From NCBI RefSeq assembly GCF_006345805.1, contig NC_042999.1, positions 95,480,001 through 95,544,000 of the forward strand: a stretch of DNA of 64,000 bases, in the 5' to 3' direction. A program made the position numbers and the translations under genes. Positions 52,791 through 64,000 of this stretch are shown here, piece by piece; the first letter of the stretch is position 1, and every line of letters begins with the position of its first letter. The notes beneath the pieces are model-generated. The model made no database searches and was not told the DNA's origin. It worked only from the letters and a program-made list of their open reading frames with translations. The stretch is from Octopus sinensis. Lineage: Eukaryota.

Positions 52791-53866
52791 CCCTTTCGTT
52801 ACTATATTTCTGACCAAAATACACCCCTTATGTGTTTCAATTAATTTCTAACATAATCATAAATTTAGTCTGGTTTCATTAAACAATTATAACTTTTTTA
52901 TTTATCAATATATTAATGTGATTTTTGGAAGATAATTTAATGAAATGTTCTCAACCAATTCTATACTATAATTTTTGTCACAAAGTGACTCTAATTGAGG
53001 TAGATACAGGTAAATTCAACAAAATATGAAATTATTAAAATTTTGTTCAAACATCGCTATAGAAAATGGGTTATTAGCTAATATTCAATTGAGTATACAA
53101 CAAACTTTTACGATAGAATTTGTTATTCTGGGTAACTTTCTGATACCCATAATAATATTTATGGCAAAATAGTCTTAATTTCATTTAAGGTTGTGGAAAA
53201 CCACTAACTATCCTTTCTTTCGCTTTGTTTACATTTAGCGTAACGGTTCGTTTCCGCCGTAATGATTTCAAATAGGCTCATTCGAAAAAGTAAAAAGAAA
53301 TAGTCTAAGGCTTTACTCTCCTGGGAAAGTCTGTGGCTTCGTCCAGTTTTTTCAGAAAAATCACCGAAAGAAACAGTTTTTAAATTTTCAGTCCATCCAG
53401 GTGCCAATTCATTTTCTTTATCGCTGTCGGAGCTCTCGGATTCACTGTTTTCACTTTCGGAAAATGAAACATCAGATTCATTATCAAATACCACGTGCTT
53501 TTTTTTTTCAGTCATAGAGTTAGATTTATGAAGGTCGTCAGTTGAAAATCCTTCAAATTCTGACTCGCTGCTTGATATAATGAAATTCATATCCATTTTT
53601 TGTCAGAATTACAAATTTTGAAAACACAATAGGAACAAATTTCGGAAAAAAATCTCCCAAAATTCACGGAATTAAAATTACACTTCGATTTTTGTACAAA
53701 ACTGTAGATGAACTGTTTACGAAGTATAATACGTGTTTTCACGAATGTACTAAAGAGATTTGCTCTGATATTCTCATTTAAATATGAATAGGTAAATACG
53801 GGCGGGTTTGGTCACATTAACCAAAATTTTTTTAGGGCGGCTTTGGGCGGTTTGGTAACAAAAGGG
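52791..53866 (-). mobile_element. piggyBac internal-deletion derivative
   Basis: TTAA|CCCTTTCGTTAC ... GTAACAAAAGGG|TTAA. ORF 53204-53596 has an acidic N-terminus and ALDYFFLLF...IITAETNRYA of piggyBac transposases. Confidence 0.92.
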
Positions 53867-55771
53867 TTAAGTTAACTAGTGAAAAGTAAAGTCTTAATTT
53901 TTAGAGTCCATTGTATGTTATCTTTAATTACTGTTAGAATAATTTTGGTTCTTTGTGTACTTAATGTCAAGTTATTTTTAAGCTTTGCGATGGAAGTAAT
54001 ATTTTCTCCATTTGTTTAAAATTATTTTTATGCAATGACATTTTGGGAGAAAATGAACAGCTGTAGATCTTTGTGTAAGAAAATGGTAATCAGATGATAA
54101 TTAAATGATTTTATTTAAGTCATTTAGCAATAAATGAGTGGGAATTCTTTTACATGGACTGCTATTCAAATCTAGTGAATGTCACTTTCATTTTTCACAC
54201 ATTTGATTGTTTATGCACAAGTATTGCTGGCTTGTCATTGCAAATAAATGAATGTAATTTGACTATATAATAAAGCTAAAACTTGAAATGATGAAACTAT
54301 ATTTAGCATTTTAATGCATAGATACTCTAGACTGACTGTTTATTTAATTGGATCTATAATTACAAGTTCATTGCATATCTATATATATGTATACACACAT
54401 ACAAACTTCATTACTATTCACATCCACACATTCAAATATACCATCATTCATTACACACTCACACATTTTAATTTATTTAATCATATTCTTTTAAGATCTT
54501 ATTTTGTGGCATTCAACTGGAATCAAAAGAATGTGTTTATTTATTTATATTTTTTTTTTGTAGTTCACTAATTAATTAGAACCAGGCTGGATGGCTTAGT
54601 GGTTAAGTCTATAAACTCAAAGTCTTTAGCTATAAATTCAATATTGCTTCTTGGACAAAACACATGAATCATATTCATGAGTGTATATGTCAGGAATATA
54701 AGTTTAATACTAATTTAAAAAAAAAAAAAAGTGGCATCAGGAAGTGGTATGCAATAATGAAACACCTGCTTCCTGATATAAAGAATGGGATCTATTTCTT
54801 CACCAACTTGAAATCAAATCTCTTCTGTCACTTTTGATCAATGATACGTAAAATGAAAAATCCATATTTAATTCTATTACTAAATTTGTAATATGCACAT
54901 ATATACAAACTTTCTCTCTCTCTGATTCTCTCTCTTTCTCTTCCTCCCCTCTCTCTCATTCTCTCTCTCTCTCACGTACACATTCATACACTCATCTGTA
55001 CGCGTATTTATGATTATGATGTATAGCAAGAATGATTTCTATTTGTTCCATTGTTAATTACTTTAACTATGGTATTCTTTCTGAGAAATAACTACATAAA
55101 TTTATTCACTGAAATTCATATGCTTGCATATATTGAAATATACCAATATACATTGATTTTATCTCATAATTTTGCCAATGATGCACATAGAGTTGGATAA
55201 ACATATGTTTGTATATTAGATGCAATAAAGTAAGCTGACAGGTCATCTGTAGGAATAATTGCCCTCTCTTTTGACCCATAAATATTTTTCTTGGATTTAT
55301 TAATTATTGAATATGATAAAAAGAAACTTTCAATTCACTATCAATCTAGACCATTTTAAAATAGTAAACTCAACAGCCATCTAGTAGCTTCTCTTGTCTC
55401 ATTCTATGAACTTCTGCTCTCCCTACCATGTACAATAGACTTTCTGAAGAGTGATTTCTTTCTATTTCGTTCTCCGCCCCGCCCCCTCTCTCTCTCAACA
55501 TCTGCCTCATTTACTCATATCTCCTTCCACAAAACTTCATACTGCCAGGGAAGATGATGATTTTGTAAATGACAGTTGTAGTGATGGGGATTATACAATG
55601 CATTCATACAATATTTCAGTTTTTCCTTGCATAGATGTTTTCTGAAAGCTAATGTAGAACAATACAAGCTAGCAAACAAATCAAGCGAACATTACAGATG
55701 TCTTTCTATTTTATGTAGAGGAGACTATATAACTACTGTGTGAAAGAAATTTTAGAGGACAGTTGCTCATG

Positions 55772-55825
<54 letters not shown>

Positions 55826-55929
55826 ATATATATATATGCTTGAAAAATATGGCTTTCTCTTTCTCTGTGTACTTAGACACATGCTTAAATGTAGATATAT
55901 ATATACCATATAACTATGTAACTGAAAGC

Positions 55930-55977
<48 letters not shown>

Positions 55978-56059
55978 TTATATATATATATATATATTCA
56001 TTTGTTCTTTTATTTGTTTCAGCCATGTAGATGCGGTCATGCTGGAGCACCACTGTGTT

Positions 56060-56560
56060 TTGCTGATTTCCTCAGTCTGGTGGGGTTTTCACATCACAGC
56101 TCCTGATGTGCCTTTATTTGAGCTGTAAGCTAATTTGGTGTACGTCCTCATCTGTACATCATGCCAGGCCATCAGTTCATCCAGTATTTTGGAAAGGAGG
56201 ATATCTAGTTTCTTTTTAAAGACAGCTACGTCCATATTATGTAGATTTCATAATATTTGTGGCAGTGCATTAAAGAACTGTGGGCTATTTCAGTAGCTGG
56301 CTATTCCAGTACCCTAGGCTATTTCAGTACCTGGTCCTGAATTTAGATGGAGTGGATGGTACTTTTGATACAATATAATGTCATCCAGTTCTGACATTTG
56401 TATAACATTCAATGCCAAAATTAGGCACTAGCTTTTCTAGAGTTATCCTTATGTAGATTATTACATATTTGTCACTCTTTCACAGTCGCAGATTTTTCAG
56501 CCTCTCCCTGTAGCTCATCCACTGCACTGTTTCAATCCTTTTCATGTAGTGATGTTGGAC
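56060..56560 (-). mobile_element. Degraded CR1/L2-like LINE 3' fragment
   Basis: Minus reading YRERLK.LRL and QFFNALPQ...VAVFKKKLD resembles a LINE C-terminus. Confidence 0.55.
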
Positions 56561-56590
56561 TGCTATTTATATATATATTCATACTTATAA

Positions 56591-56626
<36 letters not shown>

Positions 56627-56878
56627 TAATATTTATATCATCATCATCATATATATATTTATTTATATATATATATATTTATTTATCTATATATATTTAT
56701 ATATTTATTTATATATACCTATACATATAAATTTGACATGGACAATTCTTTCTTGTCTTGGGATTCACGGTCAACCAGCTGGGTGGAATTGTGCGAAAAA
56801 CTACACAGATGTGTAGAATGATCCGGTGGTGATGCTGAGCTTTGTATTTTTTCATATCTCCCATGGTTACCGAGATAA

Positions 56879-57323
56879 TCTACTATAATAATAGTCTTGT
56901 GTTTAAGAATGAGAAAGGTAGGGGTGATAGATGAATAAGGAAGGAAGGGGTGATGTCATACTTGGTAATGTATGCTGAAAAAATAAATCAAACAGCATTT
57001 CAACTTTGTGTGAATATATGTGTGTATGTAAAAGAGGGGGGGTGTATGTGAATCTGTGTGTGTGTGTGTGTGTATGCGTGCACAATGGAAGTGGGATGGT
57101 TCATCTTTGTTCGCTTAGTATTTGGGTTTATTTTTTGATTTGGTTGAATCCTGGTTGGTTTTTTTTTTTTGTTGGTCAGTTATTTTTAGCGTTTTGAAAG
57201 AAAAAGTCACTCTAAAATTATTTTTTAATGTAAGCGTGCCCAAACAAATCGAATGTTTACATAGAACAGGTTATACAGCCACATCATCCAAACTGACTGG
57301 GTGAAACCGGGCTTAGCTGCTAG
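56879..57323 (+). mobile_element. Non-autonomous Helitron
   Basis: A|TCTACTATAATA ... CTGGGTGAAACCGG (subterminal hairpin) ... CTAG|T. Confidence 0.75.
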
Positions 57324-57498
57324 TATACATATATATATATATTTATATATATATATATTACGGAGATGTACTCGCATAGCAAGTAATTTGATCTGAGATT
57401 GTGTGCTGAAACGAAAACAATTGCAGCGTGGAAGGTGTTTATAAGCCATTTAAGAAACACACAAAAGCCGTTCGATTCACTCCAACATTTAAGTTTAA

Positions 57499-57548
57499 TT
57501 TGTCAAAATATTTTCGTCGCTAAAATCCGCGACCTGTTCACTGACAAA
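57499..57548 (-). ncRNA. Variant hammerhead motif with G3-C8 core, in a ~210 bp unit (57357-57569) between (TA)n arrays
   Basis: TTTGTCA GTGAACA G GTCGC GGATTTTA GCGAC GAA AATATT T TGACAAA: 7-bp helix I, 5-bp helix II, palindromic helix III. Confidence 0.65.
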
Positions 57549-57567
57549 GTCCGTGCTGCATCTGTGT

Positions 57568-57569
<2 letters not shown>

Positions 57570-57613
<44 letters not shown>

Positions 57614-58050
57614 ATATATGTATGTGTGTGTGTGTGTATATATGTGTGTGTGTGTATATATGTGTGTGTGTGTATGTATATATGTGTGTGTGTGTATATA
57701 TGTATGTGTGTGTGTATGTATATATGTATGTGTGTGTGTATGTATATATGTATGTGTGTGTGTATGTATATATGTATGTGTGTATGTATATATGTATGTG
57801 TGTATGTATATATGTATGTGTGTGTGTATGTATATATGTATGTGTGTGTATGTATAAATGTATGTGTGTGTATGTATATATGTATGTGTGTGTGTATGTA
57901 TATATGTATGTGTGTGTGTGTGTTTGTATGTGTGTGTGTGTATGTATGTGTGTGTATGTATATATGTGTGTGTGTGTGTATGCATATATGTATATATATA
58001 TATGTATATATATATGTATACACACACACATATATATATATATATTCATA
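57570..58050. repeat. (TG)n/(TA)n/(TATG) compound microsatellite
   Basis: Directly visible. Confidence 0.97.
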
Positions 58051-58089
58051 TATCTATTTATTTATTTTAAACAGTTCAGATAATATATA

Positions 58090-58310
58090 AATACATGTGT
58101 AAAGTATTAGTAATTTCTAGAATAGAGAAAGAAGAGCAGTTTCTTACAGCTATTTCAGCCAAGAGGTTACAGTACCCCATATGTTATTTCCATCTTTTCA
58201 GTGTATTGTAGTAATCTGTAGATAAAATTAGGGTACTCGGGTATGCCTCTAGACTTTGTCAGAGAGTTTTATAAAATAGTCCAAAAAGTTCATAGGGCTA
58301 ATTTATGCAT
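58090..58310 (-). mobile_element. Inverted pLTR with degenerate hammerhead (58142-58265) upstream of a PLE
   Basis: Minus: TCT CTGACAA A GTCTAGAGG...CCTCTTGGC T GAAAT AGCT GTA AGA; same design as 10508-10630. Confidence 0.6.
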
Positions 58311-58374
58311 GTATAAATATATATACACACACACACACACCACACACACACATTTACATATATACATACATACA

Positions 58375-60209
58375 GCTAGAAAAACTATAATCTCTCATCA
58401 AGGTAAATACTGGACTAGGAAGGATACTCCAGTTTGTTTCGATAAATCGTGGGCATGCAAGACTTCACTGAAGTCATTGACTTAGTTGGAATTTACCTTT
58501 TACACTTACTCAAAAAACAATTCCCTGAATTGGATGGTGGTCCTTACCACAATGACACACTATTTTTAGTTAGAAATACCTCAAACAGAATACTTGAACT
58601 ATACAGAAAAAGAATATACAACTTCAAAAACCAAGGACTAGCCATCACTAATGAAAAAGACTACAACTCAGTGAACCTCCTAGGCGTTAACTTTAACCCT
58701 AATACATCATCTTATCAACCTTACCATAAACCTAACAACAATATCATGTACATACATGCACAAAGTAACCATCCTTATAATATTATAAAATTTCTGACCT
58801 CTTATATAGAAAGTAGAATTAACTTATCTACTGAGGAAATTTTTAACAAGCACAAAGACTACTACAATCTAGCACTTAAGAAGGCAGGATGCAAATATTG
58901 AATTAAGTACAACAAAAACCATAGCACCTATTCTAGTTATTCCAATAATTGTCTAGATAAGAACAATACTGACCATATTACTGAACCCATATCAACTGGT
59001 AAATTAGAAAGCCCTGACACATAATTAAATTTTCTCAATAATAATCATCAGCAACACATTAGCAACAGACACAAATCCTACAACAACAATAAACATAATA
59101 ATAAACTCTTTGAATATGAGCACCATAACCTCACTAATAGAATGAATAGCACTAATTTTACCAACCCACAAATCACCAAATACACTGTTAATAATGTAAT
59201 CAAACCCAAGTATACAGACAGTAAATACTGAAAACAAATAACTATAAATAGAAATAAAAACATGAAACCTACACACTTAAAAATCAAACTTATCCTACTA
59301 CATCTCATCCTCCTAATAATTCATATAACCGCATAAATCATATGAATAAAGTTAGGAATAATATAGAAAAAGAAACCTATACCATGTGTAAGAATAGATG
59401 ACCCACAAAATATAAACCACTACGATAATAAAGAAAACAACAACAACATCATTTGGATCATAATTCCTTTTGCAAAACATCTAAAATCTAATTTTATTAA
59501 ACCCATTAGAAGCATTATTAAAAAAAAATTTTTAACTCTAAATATGCAAAAATATTTAATAAAATAATCAGCTTTGGATTTTCAGTATCTCCAAACCTAT
59601 TTAGGATTGTCTCTTCATTTAACAATAGGAAACTAGACTAATTCTGTAATAAAAAAAAAGTTCTCCTAATGCACATAATAACCCCAATAATTCCATATCT
59701 AACAACAACAATTATCAGAATAATCAAACCTCAATTACCCCTAATACATATAGACATAACAATGGAATACCAACTAATATTTCTAATTGTAATTGTAGAA
59801 ACTCAAATACTTGTGAGGAAGAAGGTAACTGTAAAATGAAAGATGTAGTATACCAAGTAACAATTATCACCCATAATCTCTCTAAATTTACTTACATCAG
59901 ATGTTCACAAAATTCTTTGAAATTAAGATTAAATTATCATAGATCATCCTTCAATGACCCTAGAAAATAAAATAGCACAGGTCTATCCAAAAAGGTTTGG
60001 CAACTGAAAAGAAGCAATATTGATTACTTGATTTCTTGGAAAATACTTTCTTCAACTCCATCTTATTGACATAATAACAAGATCTGCAAATTATGCCTAG
60101 AAGAAAATTACAAAATAATGAAAATGAAAGGTTCTCTAGTAAATTCGAGAGATGAAAAAGTTTTTCTTGCAGACATATGTCAAAATTCCTTTTTATTTAT
60201 CTTAAATAA
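58375..60209 (+). pseudogene. Decayed PLE RT-GIY-YIG, same group as 13983-16638, with Asn-rich inserts
   Basis: ARKTII...WTRKDTP, DLVGIYLL, YQPYHKPNN, YYNLALKKAG, IWIIIPFAK, NCNCRNSNTCEEEGNCKMKDVVYQ, STGLSKKVWQLK, CKLCLEE. Confidence 0.88.
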
Positions 60210-62894
60210 TCTTTCCACCCACCTACCTTAACTACTTTTATCTTATTCCTTCTTATAATTTAGTTTTTTGTATAATACCTTTCCCTACATTATTACCACC
60301 TATATATGATTTCTTTTCTATAATACTCTCTACTTTAATTATCCTACACTACTTGGATATTCATATTATTCTACTATCCCCCCATATATTGTATGAACTT
60401 CATTTTATTAATATAAAACCTATACCAAGTATTCATGTACCTTCCCTTCTTTCTCAAAATATATTTTTAGACAATTTTTTTGGACAATTACTTAATATTC
60501 ATGCATATATATATATATGCATTATTTGTATGTAATCTATTTTTTCACAATATGTACTTAGATACACCTCTCTCACATGTTGTTATTATTATTATTAGTA
60601 TCATAATTAACTATTGCCAACATGTATAGTACTTCTTACTTTTTACTACTGATTTATGCAAATACCTTTTAATACTTTTTTTAGTGACTATTTTGCCCTT
60701 ATATATCTTTTTTTATTATCCCTTTCCCTTCTTTTCTTCTTTCTTATTCGTAACCTATTCCATTTGTATAATATGTATATATTTAAAAAAAAAACTACAT
60801 CTCTTAAGTATCCCAATCTTTATTTCTTAAATTTTTTTAATTATTTTGTGTTTCTTACAAACCTATGTATATTAACCAAAATCTTACAGATGATGTTCAA
60901 TTATACTTACAGTAATTCTAAGTGCACAACAATCACTTCCACAAAATGCACACACTCTCATAGATTATAGTTTATTTATCTCTTTGGTTATGCATATAAA
61001 TAGATTTATAGTATTTCCATTTTTCCCTCTTTATTAGAATTAATATTATTTTTATTTATCTATCACAATTCTTATTACTACTTCTAATATTTTTTCAACT
61101 TTATATTTACACCAATTAATATAATTAATAGATTATATATTATATTCTATATTTTACTTATAAAACTTATAAAATAAACTTTATACATATACGTATGTCA
61201 TATATTATACATAATATTATACAAAGGTATATGGATGTACATATGTGTGTATATATCTGTATATGCTCATGTGTATATATATATATACACATATATGCAC
61301 ATATCCTTTTATCTTATTTTGTAGTTTCTGTTCCTTTTAAATGCATCAGTAAACAAAATATATATACACATTTTGAAAGAATATTCTCTTATATTGGAGA
61401 TTTATATATATGAATTACTTCTCGTATCTTTATTATACTTGTCTTTTCACACCTATCACCCCATAATAATAAAAACACTTTTTCTTACATCCACTTTTAC
61501 CACTATAGAAACGTGTATTTCTTCGAAACATCTTTCTTACAAATTTACCTTAGCTTTATCTCCCCTAAATTGTTACTTTTTCAACATACCCCAAAAAACT
61601 CTTTTATCACCGTACATGTTATTTTTTTCAATAATTTTAATCATAGCAAGTATTTTCTTTCTTGATTCTGTAATATTAACAACTATTCTTCTTTTTTTAG
61701 TCCTTCCTCTTAGACTTGTTTCACACAAACAAATATAATGCTTTTTAACTAATAATAAATCTTTTTCTGCCATTATATTAACTTAATAATTACTCCTTCA
61801 CAGCCCTAAATTTTTTTGTCCTTTGAATTTCAAGTAACATATTAATTTATACTTACTATTTATATTTCTTATTCTAGGAATTAAAAAAAAATTCTTTTTA
61901 ATATACCCCATAATTTATTTTTATTATTTTCATTGTATACCACTCATAACTGTTGGATCTCTATCTATAAAGCTGAAATGCGAAAAGTTTGTTTGTTTGA
62001 TTTGAGGATTGGAACTGGTTAAGGGGCACTAGATGGGGTCGGATTGGCTCTAAAATTTACAGAGTCATGTAAAAAGAAGCGAGGAAGTGAGTGGACTAGG
62101 TTAGAAATCCCTATCTCAAAAGCTGTGGTTACTAGGGAAACAAAACCCACACTTTGACAAGTGCTTGTCCTTTCTCTTTTTCGGATATCGCCCTCACTTC
62201 CTCTGTCTCTCTCTCTCTTTCCTCCCTTCCCTCCAATTTCTCTCTATAACGACGTTTGACCTCCCTCCACCTCTTTCACTGTACGTCTGTCTGTATCTAT
62301 AGAGAGAAAGCATTGACAGCCGCAAAAGTTTAAATGTTCCTGCTACAGGTCTTTTAGAATGGTGAATTATTATTACCCATTACCAGCACAAAATCATAAC
62401 AGATATTATTAATCAGATATATTGTGTTAATATATATATATATATTTGTGTGTGTGTGTGTGTGTATATAAATATATATATATAATGTGTATACATATAT
62501 ATATGTGTATATATATAAAGTGTATATATATATGTGTGTAGTCATGTATATATAATGCGTATATATGTACATATTTAATGCGTATGTATATGTATATATA
62601 TATATATGTTTATAATAAGTGTAGATCATATATGAGTGAGTATATATTTATAAAAAGGAACTTTGAAAACGCCACTATATAAGATAAATTTTTATTTTCT
62701 GAGAAATTTTACTTGTTTCGGTTCTTCTTGAAAAAACGAACGTTATCAAAAATATTTTAAAAAGCTAAGTGTAATAAAAAAGTTCATAATTGTTTCTTAC
62801 TGGTCTTAACAGAATCCATGTGGTGGTGTTTTGTGGGGAGTAAGCATAATAGCTGCAAATTTAAAGTTAAGTGTAATAAAAAAGTTTATAATTA

Positions 62895-63805
62895 GTTAAG
62901 TTAATTTTTTTGGCTCAAAAAGCAAAAAGCAAGGCCATGTAGGGGGACATGGAGTTATGTACAGGGGTGTTCATGCAAAGAGTTCAGGCCATTTCTGGTC
63001 AAGAGAGACTTTGAACCGAGCGGTCGTCGGCATCTTCACTATCTTGTCCAGCAGCTTATTCCATGGATCCGCAACCTGGACGGAGAAAGTCCCTCTCCTT
63101 CCATTGAGATGAAATCGTCGCAGATAGAGCTTTTTGGAGTGACCCCGCAGCCTACGCTCTGGAGCAGGAGTGAAGAACAGCTCTTTTGAGAGGTTACAGT
63201 TTCCGCTTATGATGTTGTGAGCAAGAATGATATCACCACGGCGCCGTCGTTTTTCTAGAGAATAAAGGTCGAGCGTTTTCAGCCTTTCTTCATAAGACAA
63301 ATGCTTGAGACCAAGAACTATGCGGGTATCCAGCCTCTGGACTCTTTCAAGATGATGTATGTCTTTGAGGAGATAAGGAGAAGAGGCTTGAATCCCGTAC
63401 TCCAATATGGGTCTCACCAGCATGACGTAGAGCAGTAGGAATACGGCGGCTGTGAGCATTCCGAATGATCGTCGAAGCAAAAACAGAACTCTGCATGCTT
63501 TGTTGGCAGCATGGACGCACTGGGCCGAAAAGGAAGAATCCACCAAGATACCCAGGCCCTTTACCTGGTCGGTCCTCTCCAGCAGCAGACGACCTGGCTC
63601 GAAATCAAGTTGAGTTGCAGGAGAAGAGCCAACAGGCAGATGACAGCACTTTGACACGTTCAGACACCGGTCCCATTCGTTAGACCATCTCCAAACTTGG
63701 TGGAGGCATCGATGAAGATCATCTATATCACCGCGAGGAGTGACCAGTTTGACATCATCGGCAAATAGAAGGGTGTGTTGTGTGAGGTCGTTGAGCAAGT
63801 CATTG
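62895..63805 (-). mobile_element. 5'-truncated CR1/L2-group LINE (RT C-terminus intact, short 3' UTR)
   Basis: LLFADDVKL, LVRPILEYG, LERVQR, LSYEERLKTLDLYSLEKRRRRGD. 3' stem-loop CCATGT...ACATGG and a TAACT-type tail. Confidence 0.92.
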
Positions 63806-64000
63806 TTCTTACAGGTCTCAACAGAATCCACGTGGTTGTTTTTAGCTGTCTTGTGTGTCTGAACGGTCAGTGGCTGAAATGGCAGTAGCAGCAATGACTG
63901 TTGGTCGTAGTAGTAGTAACCGTGGTGGTGGTTGGGGTTGCAGCAGCTCATCGGTTGTTGCAGCTTAGCTGTGGCAGTAGCAGCAGTGGAGGACTGTTGA

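Noticed and set aside
63806-63951. N-terminal part of the 326-aa ORF as a novel RT fusion
   Set aside because: Low-complexity flank joined in frame by chance at the LINE 5' truncation point. The window ends before it can be assessed.

Overview
AT-rich, repeat-saturated metazoan DNA. It is probably intronic or intergenic, and the SINE, RTE and (TA)n landscape suggests an octopus or other cephalopod (inference). No host gene can be called with confidence, and most long ORFs in the track are microsatellite artefacts. The window holds RTE, CR1-like and CRE-like LINE fragments, tRNA-derived SINEs, Tc1, Tigger, mariner and piggyBac elements with MITEs, and Helitrons. The dominant signal is Penelope-like elements (PLEs). 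One near-complete PLE ORF (RT + GIY-YIG, 13983-16638, minus) has only two visible lesions, and a decayed relative lies at about 58.4-60.2 kb. Reading by eye found about a dozen minimal type-I hammerhead ribozyme (HHR) motifs from several unrelated pLTR-like units, most with palindromic helix III. One motif (57499-57548) has a compensatory G3-C8 swap of the catalytic core pair. Two have a U4C core. One is split by a Helitron and can be rebuilt exactly. Boundaries of degraded repeats are approximate, and no ribozyme activity can be shown from sequence alone.
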